Assembly (NCBI GenBank): GCA_024763075.1
Contig: JANTGF010000002.1
Span: forward strand, 7,831 to 71,830
DNA: 64,000 bases
Direction of reading: 5' to 3'
Source: Bacteroidales bacterium
GTDB taxonomy: Bacteria; Bacteroidota; Bacteroidia; Bacteroidales; VadinHA17
The stretch's first letter is position 1. Every line of letters starts with the position of its first letter. The notes beneath the pieces were generated by a model. It saw only the letters and a program-made list of their open reading frames with translations, did not search any database and had not been told where the DNA came from. Of the stretch, positions 9,305-20,275 are shown one piece after another. The position numbers and the translations under genes were made by a program.

Positions 9305-11947
9305 ATGAAAAAAATTCAACTAATGAAAGCCAAGAATTTAATTTTGTTGTTTACATTATTATTCGGTGGGTTACAATTTCTTATTGCACAAACAGAAATT
9401 TTTGAAGATTTACTTGACCACCACATAGGTTTTGGACAGAATGTTACCGGAGGCAAAGGTGGTACTGTAATTACTTTAGGCTCTAATGATTTCAACGCTT
9501 TTGTTGCGGCTGTGGAAGGTATTGGTCCCCGTTGGGTTCGTTTTGAACCTGGAAATTACCGAATATTCATCTCCCGTAATGTACATCTAACCTCCGACCT
9601 TACAATTGACGGTCGGGGAGCCAATGTAGTTTTTACCAATGGTAATTCAGTTAATGCGGAATTCCAGGCGGTCAATCAACAAAATATCATAATCCATAAT
9701 GTTACTCTTGATAGTATGGGGATAGGTGATAATGCCGGAGGTGGACTTAATTTTTTTAATGGAACTCATGATGTATGGATCGACCATGTAACTTTCCATC
9801 ACCTGGGTGATGAAGGAGTTGCTTTTGGTTATGATGAGTTTTTTGATCCTGAACCGGATTCCAATACGGGTAAGAACGTAACCCTTAGTTACTGTAAATG
9901 GTACGATACACCTAAAGCTTTACTACTTGGCTGGCATTCTCAAGCAGCCAATAAAGATAAAGATATTTTAATAACTGTTTACCATTGTTATTTTACTGAG
10001 GGGGTTTCCCGTATACCCAATCAAAGAGGTGGTAAAGTACATTTCTTTAATAATGTGGTTGAAAATTGGGGGTGGTCTGCAATTGAGCAAAACAATGGTT
10101 CTGAGTTGCTTGCTGAAAACAACTGGTTTGGGAGTGGTAGTAGCCCGGCAATGAAAAACTTCGGGTATGGTACAGGATATGGTTATTTTGGTCCGGCATG
10201 GACATGCGACATAAATAATGCCGGAAACCCTGATCATGACGGCCCGGGATTTATTTGCGATTCGGTTTTTCAGGCATCTGATTATTATTCATATACCATG
10301 ATGGATCCGGGAGTGGATATGAAAAATGTTGTAATTGATCGGGCTGGACGTCATGCTTCTCCATTGTGGGATTCTGTTCCAGCAGTGTTGTACAAGCTTA
10401 CTACTGAAATAGTTAGTGGCATAGGTACAATCACCCCTGATAGTGGCACTTTTTATCAAAATGAAGTTGTTACCATAGTGGCAAGAGATACCCTGGGATA
10501 TAAATTTTTTGAATGGGGTGGTGATATATCCGGAACCGAAAACCCGGTTAGTTTTATGATGGATACCAGTAAACATGTGACGGCAAGTTTTAACCAAATA
10601 CCTACCTATACATTATCTGTCAGTGTAAATGGGAATGGGCAGGTAACACCGGACACAGGTGTTTATAATCAGGGAGATACAGTTACTTTATTAGCAACAA
10701 CATCTACCGGGTACAAATTTTCTGGTTGGGAAGGTGATGTTAACGATACTGTTAACCCTTTAAAAATTGTAATGGACAGAAACTTTAATATAACTGCCAA
10801 TTTTATTGAATACAATTCCTTACTTGCTTACTGGACGATGGATGAAACAAGCGGAACAATGCTTCACGATTCATCCGGTAATAATAATGCGGTTTTGAAC
10901 AATTCTGATAGTTTAACTTTTGTAGATGGCAAACTTAATGGAGCAGTATATTTTAACGGAAGCAGGAATGCTATCATTACCGCAACATCCATTAAACCTT
11001 TGTCATTAACTGTTGCTGCATATGTAAAGTTACCCAGTGGAACAACGGGGCCTCGAATGGTAACTGCCCATGGTGATAATTTTGGGTTTATCGTTAACCG
11101 ATTTGATAAAGGTGGAGTTACTTTTTTCATATATGATGGCTCAGGTTGGCCTTCTGTATCTTCAACTAACAGTATTCTTGATGGGAAATGGCATCATATA
11201 GCCGCTACTTTTAATAATTCAAATAAAGTTGCAACCATTTATGTAGATGGTGTTTTGGAAGCCAGCAATTCTTTAGCTAGTTCCATCAACTATGTAAAGG
11301 GAAATGATTATTACATTGGTCGGCATATTTCTATAAATGATTGGAATTTTAAAGGTACAATTGATCAGCTACAACTTTATGATCAGGTACTTAACCTTGA
11401 AGATATTCAAAATATGTTGATAATCAGCTATTATACATTATCTATTCATTCAGAGAATGGCACTGTTTCCTCTTCCCCTGAGCAACAACAATACAAAGAA
11501 GGTACTGAAGTTTCACTCACAGCTGTGCCTGCTTCAGGATACCAGTTCGACAGCTGGAGCGGAAATGCATCAGGAACAGATAACCCGATAAACATTACCA
11601 TGGATTCTAACAAAGAAATTACGGCAGTATTTAGTCTTGTTACTACCAGTATTTTGGAACATCAGGTACACCAAACACTACTTATTAAACCTATACCCAA
11701 TCCTATGACCGATCATACAATGATTGGTTATAGGGTACTGGATAATGCTCGTGTCATTTTATCTGTGCATGATATATCAGGAATAGAAGTGAGCCGGTTG
11801 GTGGATGAATTTAAACCGGCGGGCTCCTACTCTATAAACTGGAACGGTTGTGACTTTAATGGTAACAGCTTGTCAAAAGGTATTTACTTTGTGAGACTGA
11901 AGACTGGATCAGGAGTATTCACCAGAAAAGTTATTCTGGTCAGGTAG
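9305..11947 (+). CDS. PL1-family pectate lyase-like enzyme with InlB-B-repeat-like domains, LamG_3 domain and T9SS sorting domain
   Basis: Signal peptide. PL1 blocks: TIDGRGANVVF, HDVWIDHVTF, GDEGVAFGY, SRIPNQRGGKVHFFNNVVENW, AENNWF. Three ~70-aa repeats of the type TL.V..NGNG.V.P..G.Y..G..V.L.A....GY.F..W.GD. LamG block: AYWTMDETSG...WHHIAATFN...IDQLQLYD. T9SS tail: IPNPMTDHTMIGY...GIYFVRL...KVILVR. Confidence 0.9.
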   Translation: MKKIQLMKAKNLILLFTLLFGGLQFLIAQTEIFEDLLDHHIGFGQNVTGGKGGTVITLGSNDFNAFVAAVEGIGPRWVRFEPGNYRIFISRNVHLTSDLTIDGRGANVVFTNGNSVNAEFQAVNQQNIIIHNVTLDSMGIGDNAGGGLNFFNGTHDVWIDHVTFHHLGDEGVAFGYDEFFDPEPDSNTGKNVTLSYCKWYDTPKALLLGWHSQAANKDKDILITVYHCYFTEGVSRIPNQRGGKVHFFNNVVENWGWSAIEQNNGSELLAENNWFGSGSSPAMKNFGYGTGYGYFGPAWTCDINNAGNPDHDGPGFICDSVFQASDYYSYTMMDPGVDMKNVVIDRAGRHASPLWDSVPAVLYKLTTEIVSGIGTITPDSGTFYQNEVVTIVARDTLGYKFFEWGGDISGTENPVSFMMDTSKHVTASFNQIPTYTLSVSVNGNGQVTPDTGVYNQGDTVTLLATTSTGYKFSGWEGDVNDTVNPLKIVMDRNFNITANFIEYNSLLAYWTMDETSGTMLHDSSGNNNAVLNNSDSLTFVDGKLNGAVYFNGSRNAIITATSIKPLSLTVAAYVKLPSGTTGPRMVTAHGDNFGFIVNRFDKGGVTFFIYDGSGWPSVSSTNSILDGKWHHIAATFNNSNKVATIYVDGVLEASNSLASSINYVKGNDYYIGRHISINDWNFKGTIDQLQLYDQVLNLEDIQNMLIISYYTLSIHSENGTVSSSPEQQQYKEGTEVSLTAVPASGYQFDSWSGNASGTDNPINITMDSNKEITAVFSLVTTSILEHQVHQTLLIKPIPNPMTDHTMIGYRVLDNARVILSVHDISGIEVSRLVDEFKPAGSYSINWNGCDFNGNSLSKGIYFVRLKTGSGVFTRKVILVR

Positions 11948-11974
11948 TGAGTTCAATTCTATTTTATTCTGAAG

Positions 11975-14236
11975 TTATTGCAGAACGAATATCTTCTGCG
12001 ATCTTTCGGTCATCGTATTGCCATGAATATCCGTTGCCGTGATCTCAGTTTTGTATGTATTGAATCCTGAGGCAGGTATCTTATAGCTGAATATCATATC
12101 TTCAGCACTCTTGTCCCCATTTTTACCATCATCATACAGCTCAACCTTAAAGACCTTTCCCGGATAATATACCGAAGTGAGATTGGCCGTTACGCTCTTA
12201 ATTTTTGAACCGTCTATAATTCTGGCCTGAATTGTATTGTCGCCAGGAACATTGATCCATTGCAGAATGGGAGGTGTACGGTCATAATCACCTGAAATTT
12301 TGATTCTGACCTGAGAACGAATAAAATGATGAAATGGAGTAGTATCCGGTACTTGATATTTCGTATATATTTCTAACTCATGCTTAGAAGGGCAATCCCC
12401 GGATATCAATATTTCTGAATATTTTGCCGTAGCACCATTCCAGTCAAACTTTGTCCAGGAGTCTGAATGGCGGATACTAATACCAAAAGGGTTTACATAT
12501 TTATCAGTTGTGAATGCTTCTGCTCTGCGTAGCATATCACCGTCTTTAAAGAGGAGGATAACAGATTCTCCAGGGTCTGCTTTTCCGTCTCCGTTCCCAT
12601 GCCCCAGGAAAAGTGTTGTTGTATCAATTGCCGCTTTGGCAACCCTGATCCTTCTGCCATCAGCTATCTCAAACTTGTCTGTTTTGATTATTTTGTACCA
12701 AACCGGAATAACTACATCCTCATTCCATGTTTTTCCCGAAGCGTCAGATATTAATAGTGAAATCTTAAGAGAGGAAGATGTACCATTGCCGGAGGTAATC
12801 CGGAAGGGGATAATCATCTCTTTTATTTCATCTGTTGATAGGTCTCCCAGTTTTGCTTCAGCAACAGAAAATGTTACATGGGGATTATTTGTATGTACCC
12901 TGGCCGTAATATTATGAGCTAACTTTCCGCCTTTGTTTAGCAATTTTATCTTCAAATTCTGTTCTTTCAGAGTAACGGCAACCGGCCTCTGCATCAGTTG
13001 CCATCCGGCCAGTGTGATGTTGGGCCCTGTCTGTCCGGATGTTATTCCTATTTCATGTTTACTCCCCGAAAGAATGATGTGTAATCTCCCCTCATCATCA
13101 CTGCGTACAAGCCGCCGGGTGAGTTTATTGAAATAGTCATCCCTGTCGTGTATGGTGTACAGTTTTCCTTTTTCGTATACGGGTGGTGTGATCATGATAA
13201 CTTCCACATGAGGCATTAAAGGACCACCGGGCAAGTATTCTCTTACTGAACAACGAAATCCTTTGGAGTTAATATTCTCAAGAACCGTAAAACCAGGCAC
13301 TTGTCTGCTGCCACTGATTTTGTATCCCCAGATCTCAAATTTCGGATAGACATCAATATGATTCCAACGGTCAGGTATAGGCAATGGGTTTTTGAAAGTT
13401 TCCATAAACTGATCAAACATGTCTTTCAGCCCAGCAGATACGTGTATCGTATCATAGATACGAAAGCTATAATTATCCATTACATTGCTCCAGATTCTGT
13501 TTACATCTTCGTGGTAGGACCGTATAAAATCTTTGGTGCCATAATGCAGCAATACACGCATTCCACCATAGTTATTGTACATATACTTGTGGCTATATTC
13601 GACCGGAAATTTCAATGACCCTACTTTAAACTCTGTTGATCCGCAGAAATTTCCTGCAGCACACAGTAAATGTGGATATTTACCTCCAATCCACCAGGAC
13701 ATGAACCCACCCATGGATAATCCTGCAATGGCACGGTGTGTCCTGTCGGGAATAGTTCTGTAATGATCATCAATATATTCAACGAGTTCAGGAAAGTAAG
13801 CAGGAAACTGGCGATATGTATTTTGTTCACCTATATTATATGGTCTTCTTTCATATTTTTCCCAGGGCCAGCGATCATAACCGTCGGGTCTTACTACGAT
13901 TACATCATGAGTGGCGACATATTCAGAAATATTGCGGATATTCAGGCTATCTTCATCGGGAAAGGAAGCATCTCTTGTTACCCCGAAATATCGCTGTGAC
14001 CATCCATGATAGTAATAAATTACGGGGTAATGTTTTAATGAATCCTTATAATAGGATGGGGGTAGAAAGATCCTGTAATTTCTAATCTCTCCTAATATTT
14101 CACTATAGTGCCATTTGTCAAGAATGGTAGATTTCTGTGCCTGAAGAAGGGGAATCATGTATAATGTCAGAAATGCAGACAATACCAGGGCTCTGGAGAT
14201 TAGAAAACGGGGATTGGGATGGACAAGTAGTTTCAC
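11975..14236 (-). CDS. Secreted esterase (PF00756 putative-esterase / CE1-like) with long C-terminal beta-rich extension
   Basis: Signal peptide. YPVIYYYHGW and the nucleophile motif AIAGLSMGG. Lies 54 nt downstream of the PL1 gene 14291..16543 on the same strand, so it is probably in the same operon. Confidence 0.82.
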   Translation of the reverse strand: MKLLVHPNPRFLISRALVLSAFLTLYMIPLLQAQKSTILDKWHYSEILGEIRNYRIFLPPSYYKDSLKHYPVIYYYHGWSQRYFGVTRDASFPDEDSLNIRNISEYVATHDVIVVRPDGYDRWPWEKYERRPYNIGEQNTYRQFPAYFPELVEYIDDHYRTIPDRTHRAIAGLSMGGFMSWWIGGKYPHLLCAAGNFCGSTEFKVGSLKFPVEYSHKYMYNNYGGMRVLLHYGTKDFIRSYHEDVNRIWSNVMDNYSFRIYDTIHVSAGLKDMFDQFMETFKNPLPIPDRWNHIDVYPKFEIWGYKISGSRQVPGFTVLENINSKGFRCSVREYLPGGPLMPHVEVIMITPPVYEKGKLYTIHDRDDYFNKLTRRLVRSDDEGRLHIILSGSKHEIGITSGQTGPNITLAGWQLMQRPVAVTLKEQNLKIKLLNKGGKLAHNITARVHTNNPHVTFSVAEAKLGDLSTDEIKEMIIPFRITSGNGTSSSLKISLLISDASGKTWNEDVVIPVWYKIIKTDKFEIADGRRIRVAKAAIDTTTLFLGHGNGDGKADPGESVILLFKDGDMLRRAEAFTTDKYVNPFGISIRHSDSWTKFDWNGATAKYSEILISGDCPSKHELEIYTKYQVPDTTPFHHFIRSQVRIKISGDYDRTPPILQWINVPGDNTIQARIIDGSKIKSVTANLTSVYYPGKVFKVELYDDGKNGDKSAEDMIFSYKIPASGFNTYKTEITATDIHGNTMTERSQKIFVLQ

Positions 14237-14290
14237 AATTCTGGGTTTCGTTATATGGTCATATGAATATTAAATGTAATAAAATATCTG

Positions 14291-16543
14291 TCACAAGTTA
14301 ATGTAAAGTTTGGTTGCTTCTGCTTCGGATCCGTTATTCAGATAAATAAAGTACAAACCACCTGGAAGTCCGGAAGTAATCAGGTCAGCTTCATGGGTGC
14401 CGGAAGCCATGACCGAATTCACCAACGTAGCAACCTTCTTCCCTGTTATATCCAATAATTCAAGAATAACAGGATATTTCCCTGCCGTAACATCATATTT
14501 TATTTTATAACCATAGACCGTAGGGGTGCATCTTAATTTTGTTTTATGAAAACTAATTGTCTCAACTCCAACTCCCGTGAGGCTTTCAACATTTATATCA
14601 TCCCAGTTTGTCAGGAAGGAAGTAGTCCCTACCCCGACTCTGCCTTCAGGAATATTCTCCTCCTCTACCTGAAGGACCTGTGCATTCTGAAAATTCACGG
14701 CAATTGTATTTCCCTGTACCGTTAGCTTCACATCGAACAAACCGTTTCCATGCATATCCACCAGACCGGTATTACCAATTTCTTTTATGGTTCCGTTGGT
14801 GACTTGATAAAGTTTGTTCTTATAACTAATGGTGCTGAACTGCATAAAATAGTAATTATTTTTATCTGTCCATCCAAAAACTAAAGCAGACTCAGATAAT
14901 CCTTGTGTTGTGAAATTTTCTGCTGTTTTAACTTTTGCTGAAAATATAAAATCTTTATAGGTTCGGTCCTTTATCAGGCTATATTCCTGGAGAGTATCCA
15001 GAAAAGCGATGGGCTCAAAATCACTGACATCAATACCATACATATACTTGTGTGCGTCATAATCCAGTACCACGCTCCATCGATAATCGTTTAACGGCTC
15101 CCAATTCAGCGCATCGCCAAGAAAACTCACATCTGGATTAAAAACCGTTCCCCCGTTCACATAAAAATAAAGGAGATAGTCACTTGAATTTGTAACGCCT
15201 GTAGAATTATCCCTGCATTTGCAATAATAGGTATTGTAGCTGCTACCTTGCAGACCTGTGATGCCGGTAGTATGCACCGTGTCGCCAACACTTGTAAAAG
15301 TGTAAGGCATGTTTTCGTAAGCTGTTCCCGGTAAAGTATCATACCTGCAGGTGGCAAAGCTTGCAGTATGAATAGTCAGGGTTGTTTCGCTCATTTCAGG
15401 AGGATATTCTATATTCATAGGAGCTCCCCCTGTAATACATGGTAGGTTGTCGTCAAAAGTTATCCATATTGGATCATCCGATCTCCCAGCATACGTAATT
15501 ACATCCGAGTGCATTAAATCATCCGGTTCCTGCATATCATAACAATAGAATACCCGGGCTTCGAAAACATCCCCGCAGATAAACCCCGAACCGCTGTTTT
15601 CAAAATCCACATCAATGTGATTGTTCCGTTTGCATATTCTTCCTTCTTCAACTCCTGCATAATTCGTTCTGAATGCATGCTCCCCTCCGTTTTGATTATG
15701 ATCCCGGTACCAGCAGTTCTCAATTAACATCTGACCTCCGTTGCCAACATCAGAACCTGCATATCCCCAATTCTCGCATATATTGTTGTAAAAATGTAAT
15801 TTCCCTCCTCGCATTAACGGAATACGGGCAAGCCGTGGATTCGGGCTCCGGTCACCATCAAACCAGCAATGATGAACAGTAATTGTTTGGTCCTGGTCTT
15901 TTGAGGGATCATCGGAATGCCATCCAAACAACAGAGCTTTGGGGGTGTCATACCAGTGACAGTAACTAATGGTAAAATTTTTTCCGGTATTGTCAGCCGG
16001 TATAGGATCCCAGGTCTCATCATAGCCAATAGAAACAGCTTCATCTCCAATATCCCTAAAAGTACAATGGTCAATCCAAATATCATGAGTTCCATTGTAA
16101 AAACAAAGACCCCTTCCATCATTATCACCAATACCTGCATGAATTATGGATATGTTGTGTATAATGATATTGGAGTCATTTACTGCATCGAACTCAAAAT
16201 GTGTTCCCTTATATGTGAAAACCACATTTGCCCCACGTCCGTCAATGGTTAAATTTGAGGATAAATTTACAACTCTCTGTAAGGTTATAGTGTCGACACC
16301 CGGTGCAAAACGTACCCATCTGGCTCCTGTTCCTTCAACAGCATTGGCAAAAGCATTAAAATCATTGGTGGTTAAAGTAATCACATTGCCGCCTTTTCCT
16401 CCGGTCACATGACGGCCAAACCCGGTCCGATGCTCCAGCAGGTCCTCAAACATAGCTGTGCTATCACCCTGTGCAAAAGCAATTTCTGTCCCGTAACTAA
16501 ACAGTAGGATCAATCCAGTAATATAACTTATTATTCGTTTCAT
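14291..16543 (-). CDS. PL1-family pectate lyase-like enzyme with Cys-containing Ig-like module, concanavalin-like domain and T9SS sorting domain
   Basis: Signal peptide. PL1 blocks: TIDGRGANVVF, HDIWIDHCTF, GDEAVSIGY, ARIPLMRGGKLHFYNNICENW, IENCWY. The module TCRYD...GDTVHTTGITGL...YYCKCRD is shared with the CotH protein. T9SS tail: ...ELLDITGKKVATL...GGLYFIYL...KLYINL. Confidence 0.9.
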   Translation of the reverse strand: MKRIISYITGLILLFSYGTEIAFAQGDSTAMFEDLLEHRTGFGRHVTGGKGGNVITLTTNDFNAFANAVEGTGARWVRFAPGVDTITLQRVVNLSSNLTIDGRGANVVFTYKGTHFEFDAVNDSNIIIHNISIIHAGIGDNDGRGLCFYNGTHDIWIDHCTFRDIGDEAVSIGYDETWDPIPADNTGKNFTISYCHWYDTPKALLFGWHSDDPSKDQDQTITVHHCWFDGDRSPNPRLARIPLMRGGKLHFYNNICENWGYAGSDVGNGGQMLIENCWYRDHNQNGGEHAFRTNYAGVEEGRICKRNNHIDVDFENSGSGFICGDVFEARVFYCYDMQEPDDLMHSDVITYAGRSDDPIWITFDDNLPCITGGAPMNIEYPPEMSETTLTIHTASFATCRYDTLPGTAYENMPYTFTSVGDTVHTTGITGLQGSSYNTYYCKCRDNSTGVTNSSDYLLYFYVNGGTVFNPDVSFLGDALNWEPLNDYRWSVVLDYDAHKYMYGIDVSDFEPIAFLDTLQEYSLIKDRTYKDFIFSAKVKTAENFTTQGLSESALVFGWTDKNNYYFMQFSTISYKNKLYQVTNGTIKEIGNTGLVDMHGNGLFDVKLTVQGNTIAVNFQNAQVLQVEEENIPEGRVGVGTTSFLTNWDDINVESLTGVGVETISFHKTKLRCTPTVYGYKIKYDVTAGKYPVILELLDITGKKVATLVNSVMASGTHEADLITSGLPGGLYFIYLNNGSEAEATKLYINL

Positions 16544-16573
16544 TCTAAAGTTTTATAAATAAGTGTAAAAAAA

Positions 16574-16587
16574 TGTGCACGTGCACA
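16574..16587. promoter_or_regulatory. Putative LacI-family operator, perfect palindrome TGTGCACGTGCACA, in a divergent PL1/PL1 intergenic region
   Basis: Perfect 14-bp palindrome located between gene starts 16543 (-) and 16649 (+). It ends 18 nt upstream of a TATCTTTG -7 box. Confidence 0.75.
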
Positions 16588-16605
16588 AATATATGAAAAA
16601 ATTAT

Positions 16606-16613
16606 TATCTTTG
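16606..16613 (+). promoter_or_regulatory. Bacteroidota-type -7 promoter box (TATCTTTG, consensus TAnnTTTG)
   Basis: Exact match to TAnnTTTG, 36 nt upstream of the ATG at 16649. Confidence 0.5.
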
Positions 16614-16648
16614 CAATACCAAAACTACTATAATTTTAATTATCAGTC

Positions 16649-19060
16649 ATGAAACATTTGTATTATATAGCTTTCACTACACTTTTAGCCTGTTGGGGAA
16701 TCCATGTCAGGGTACAAGCTCAGACAGGTCCGTACGAAAACCTACTGGAACATCGTTCTGGGTTTGGAGAGAATGTTACCGGTGGGACAGGAGGAGAGCT
16801 GGTTGTTTTGAACAGCAACGATTTTGAAGCATTTGCTGCGGCGGTGGAAGGCTCATCTCCCCGTTGGGTTCGCTTTGAACCTGGAGTTTATGAAATAAAA
16901 CTGAATCGTGTAGTAAAACCTGGTTCTGATCTGACCATAGACGGGCGTGGGGCAAATGTGACCTTTACCTACCTGGATACAAGGTGGGAGTTTTCCTTTG
17001 TGAATGTACACAATATTATTATTCATAATGTCTCTTTCAAAGAGATCGGCTTCCTGGATGATCCTGAGGTGGAGGCAGGCAGGGGCCTGAATTTTTATAA
17101 TGGCACCCACGATATTTGGATCGATCACTGTACATTCAGCCGTATTGGGGATGAATCCGTGGCATTTGGTTATGATGAATCTTTCAATCCTGCACCTGAT
17201 ACGGGAACAGGGGCAAACGCAACCATCAGCTTCTGCTGGTGGTATGATACACGCAAAGCCATGCTCCTGGGATGGCACTGCGATAATTCAGGGTATGACC
17301 ATGATCTTACACTGACTGTGCACCATTGCTATTTCAACGGACCATCCAGGATTCCAAACCAGCGGGGTGGGAAATGTCATTTGTACAACAATGTGATAGA
17401 AGACTGGGGTTGGTCTGCAGCAGAAAATAACAACGGGGCGCAGTTGCGGATCGAAAATTGCTGGTACCAGCCAGGGGGGAACCGGGATGCCATGAAGAAT
17501 TTTGCATACGGTTGCATGGGATCCGGCTGGATCTGCGAAACCGGAAATGTACTGAATGGTTCAAATAAGGTTGGCCCCGGGTTTAATTGTGACCAGGTAT
17601 TTCAACCGACTGATTACTATACCTACGTGCTTGAGGATCCTGATTCTGTGCTAATAGACTATGTAAAAGCAAAGGCAGGCAGGCAGCCAAGACCTTCATG
17701 GGATAGTTCACCTGTAAAAACATTTAGGTTAACTACAGAAATCGTTTCGGGCAAAGGTTCAGTTGTTCCTGATGAGGGAGTTTATGCGGAAGGAGAGCAG
17801 GTGAGCCTTCGGGCAATTCCAGAACTGGGTTATGCGTTTTCAGAGTGGGGTGGGGATTATTCAGGTTCAGAAAATCCCGTAAATATACGAATAGACACTT
17901 CTGTTCATATCACTGTTTCATTTACGGAGGTGCCTACATATACCTTGTCTACTTCTACCGACGGACATGGCAGGATAAGCCCTGATTCAGGTACATTTAG
18001 TATGGGGGATGAGATAACAATTACTGCGTTTCCTGACCTTGGGTATCTTTTTAATCATTGGGAAGGTGATCTGAGTGGTTCGGAGAACCCGGTAACAATG
18101 GTTATGGACACGGACAAGATGGTGACAGCGGTTTTTTTATCTCATGATCCTTTACAGGCATATTGGCCCATGGATGAGAATTCAGGCAGTATTCTTACAG
18201 ATTCAACCGGGAATGGCAATGATGCCAGTTTAAGCAAAGATGATGGTTCTCAATATATCACAGGGATATCAGGAGTGGCATTATATCTTGATGGGAACAG
18301 AGATGCAAAAGTCACTGCGGCCGATCTACTTACACCTGAATCAGTTACTGTGGCGGCCTACGTAAAAGTGGACATAGGAGTTAGTCAGTGGAGATGGGTG
18401 GCCGGACATGGCGATAATTATGGTCTGGTGGTAAACCGGTTTGATCAGGGAGGATTTTTTTTTTATTATTATAACGGTTCCTCATGGCCTGGCTTGAACG
18501 CAGATAACCAGGATATCCGTGATGGTGAGTGGCACCATATTGCAGGCGGATATGATGCTTCAGATGGGACCATGAGTCTTTTTCTTGATGGAGTTCAGGT
18601 AAAGTCAGGACCTGGTGATGGCCCTATAAAATATAATATCGGGAATGATTTTCACATCGGGTCCATGATGTCTGCGAGATATTTCAAAGGAGCCATTGAT
18701 GAGCTAAGGGTTTATGACCAGCCTCTCAACGAGGAGGCTTTACAATCCCTTCTGGTTACCAATACAGCAGTACCGAACAAAAAAGGGGCATTCAGCTCCG
18801 GTGGTTTTTTCCCAAACCCTTTTGCTGATCAGACAGTGATGTTATATAGGCTGGACAGGTCTGACCATGTCCGGCTTAAAATTTACAATAGTTCTGGGAA
18901 ATTGGTTCGGATGTATGATCAGGGAATGCAGAAGCAAGGAATGCATCGGCTTGTTTGGAACGGAACGGATGACAAGGGCAACAGGCTTCCAACGGGCCTC
19001 TACTTTTATCGGTTAAGGACCGAAAAGGAATCAGAAGGGGGTAAAATTATTATACTTTGA
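16649..19060 (+). CDS. PL1-family pectate lyase-like enzyme with two InlB-B-repeat-like domains, LamG_3 domain and T9SS sorting domain
   Basis: Signal peptide. PL1 blocks: TIDGRGANVTF, HDIWIDHCTF, GDESVAFGY, SRIPNQRGGKCHLYNNVIEDW, IENCWY. LamG block: AYWPMDENSG...WHHIAGGYD...IDELRVYD. T9SS tail: FFPNPFADQTVMLY...GLYFYRL...KIIIL. Confidence 0.9.
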   Translation: MKHLYYIAFTTLLACWGIHVRVQAQTGPYENLLEHRSGFGENVTGGTGGELVVLNSNDFEAFAAAVEGSSPRWVRFEPGVYEIKLNRVVKPGSDLTIDGRGANVTFTYLDTRWEFSFVNVHNIIIHNVSFKEIGFLDDPEVEAGRGLNFYNGTHDIWIDHCTFSRIGDESVAFGYDESFNPAPDTGTGANATISFCWWYDTRKAMLLGWHCDNSGYDHDLTLTVHHCYFNGPSRIPNQRGGKCHLYNNVIEDWGWSAAENNNGAQLRIENCWYQPGGNRDAMKNFAYGCMGSGWICETGNVLNGSNKVGPGFNCDQVFQPTDYYTYVLEDPDSVLIDYVKAKAGRQPRPSWDSSPVKTFRLTTEIVSGKGSVVPDEGVYAEGEQVSLRAIPELGYAFSEWGGDYSGSENPVNIRIDTSVHITVSFTEVPTYTLSTSTDGHGRISPDSGTFSMGDEITITAFPDLGYLFNHWEGDLSGSENPVTMVMDTDKMVTAVFLSHDPLQAYWPMDENSGSILTDSTGNGNDASLSKDDGSQYITGISGVALYLDGNRDAKVTAADLLTPESVTVAAYVKVDIGVSQWRWVAGHGDNYGLVVNRFDQGGFFFYYYNGSSWPGLNADNQDIRDGEWHHIAGGYDASDGTMSLFLDGVQVKSGPGDGPIKYNIGNDFHIGSMMSARYFKGAIDELRVYDQPLNEEALQSLLVTNTAVPNKKGAFSSGGFFPNPFADQTVMLYRLDRSDHVRLKIYNSSGKLVRMYDQGMQKQGMHRLVWNGTDDKGNRLPTGLYFYRLRTEKESEGGKIIIL

Positions 19061-19098
19061 GCAAGAATTTTAAAACTGGTAGTTAATAAAGGCCCGGC

Positions 19099-20244
19099 TC
19101 AGGGCTGAAAATTAAATTGTTGGCTCCTGATCATCTCAAGAGTCTGCCTGATGGTCGGCCGATCTCCCCAGTATTTCCCCCGGTAGATGAGTCTCACTTT
19201 CCCGGCAGGATCGATAATCACTGTGGTGGGTCTGTTGATGTATTCGGAATTAACGGCGAAAGCCAGCAGATCGGCACCAAACCTGGCACCATACGCACCT
19301 GCACGGTCAAGCAGGTGCGGCCACCAGATCTTCCTGGTATATGCATCTATGAAGGAGTCCTTAGAAAACCAGTAGTCTGGTTCCAGTTCTTTGCCCACCA
19401 TTACCCGCCCACGGTAGGTGTCATGCATTTCAAGGCTGAACACGGCCACACCTGCATTTTTGAAATCTTCCTGCATCTCCATCAGATCGTGGAACTCGCC
19501 GTGGCATACGGGACACCAGTCGGCAAAGATCCATATCAGGACCACCCATCGGTCATTTCTGAATGTCGAAAGCTTCCACGACTTTCCCTCGGTGTCCTCA
19601 AGATTAAAATCGGGTGCGGGCTTACCTGCTTGCACTGTATTAAAGGTTTCCTGATCAAGTGCAAGCCAGGCTGAGAGATTTTTCGGAGTAACTCCCATTT
19701 GGTTTTCAATCTGATAAATAGCCAGCTCACTCTGATGGCGCACATCGCGAGAGGGATCATTCTCCTTAAGTGTCCTTAGCAAATTCAGCGAACGTTTTGA
19801 TTCCATCTGACCAAGTGCAATGATAGCCTCTGAACGAACCATTGTAATGCTGTCATTTTTTGCCATGAGTTCCAACTGATCAACAGCGTTTCTTGCACTC
19901 AAAATCCCCAAAACCTTTGCGGTAACCTGACGTACATGCATTGAAGGGTGCAGCAGGCCTTTCTCTATTTCTTCAGTTCCGTTAATTCCTTTCCTGACCA
20001 GGTCCCTCACAGCCAGGGTCCGAACCATCCAGTCTGTATCATTCAAATCAGCTATACCGTCACCATCCAGCGTTCTTTCGATAGTTCTGGAGCATTTGTT
20101 ATTTAAGGGATGAAAAGGGTGGGTAGCCAGCTCATTGAAAACCTGAGGTATGCTTCTGTCGCTCAGGTAATTCATTGTTTTCTTAATGTCAGACATAAAA
20201 AATAAACTCAGTAAAGTTAAAATGATTATTGGTGTAATTCTCAT
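19099..20244 (-). CDS. HEAT-repeat / thioredoxin-fold (AhpC-TSA/redoxin-like, CPVC) protein
   Basis: Start moved to MRITPIIILTLLSLFF (ATG at 20244). The 443-aa ORF in the track would run through the operator pair and has no signal-like N-terminus. HEAT-like repeats: VRTLAVRDL, HVRQVTAKVLG, MVRSEAIIALG, DVRHQSELA. Redoxin block: PAPDFNLEDTEGKSWKLS...WCPVCHGEF. Confidence 0.78.
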   Translation of the reverse strand: MRITPIIILTLLSLFFMSDIKKTMNYLSDRSIPQVFNELATHPFHPLNNKCSRTIERTLDGDGIADLNDTDWMVRTLAVRDLVRKGINGTEEIEKGLLHPSMHVRQVTAKVLGILSARNAVDQLELMAKNDSITMVRSEAIIALGQMESKRSLNLLRTLKENDPSRDVRHQSELAIYQIENQMGVTPKNLSAWLALDQETFNTVQAGKPAPDFNLEDTEGKSWKLSTFRNDRWVVLIWIFADWCPVCHGEFHDLMEMQEDFKNAGVAVFSLEMHDTYRGRVMVGKELEPDYWFSKDSFIDAYTRKIWWPHLLDRAGAYGARFGADLLAFAVNSEYINRPTTVIIDPAGKVRLIYRGKYWGDRPTIRQTLEMIRSQQFNFQP

Positions 20245-20275
20245 TCTTTGATACTGTACTTGTTGGAATTTTTTT

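Noticed and set aside
19117-19674. 185-aa ORF on the plus strand
   Set aside because: It is antisense to the thioredoxin-fold region (WCPVCHGEF block) of 19099..20244. It has no motifs and is a shadow ORF.
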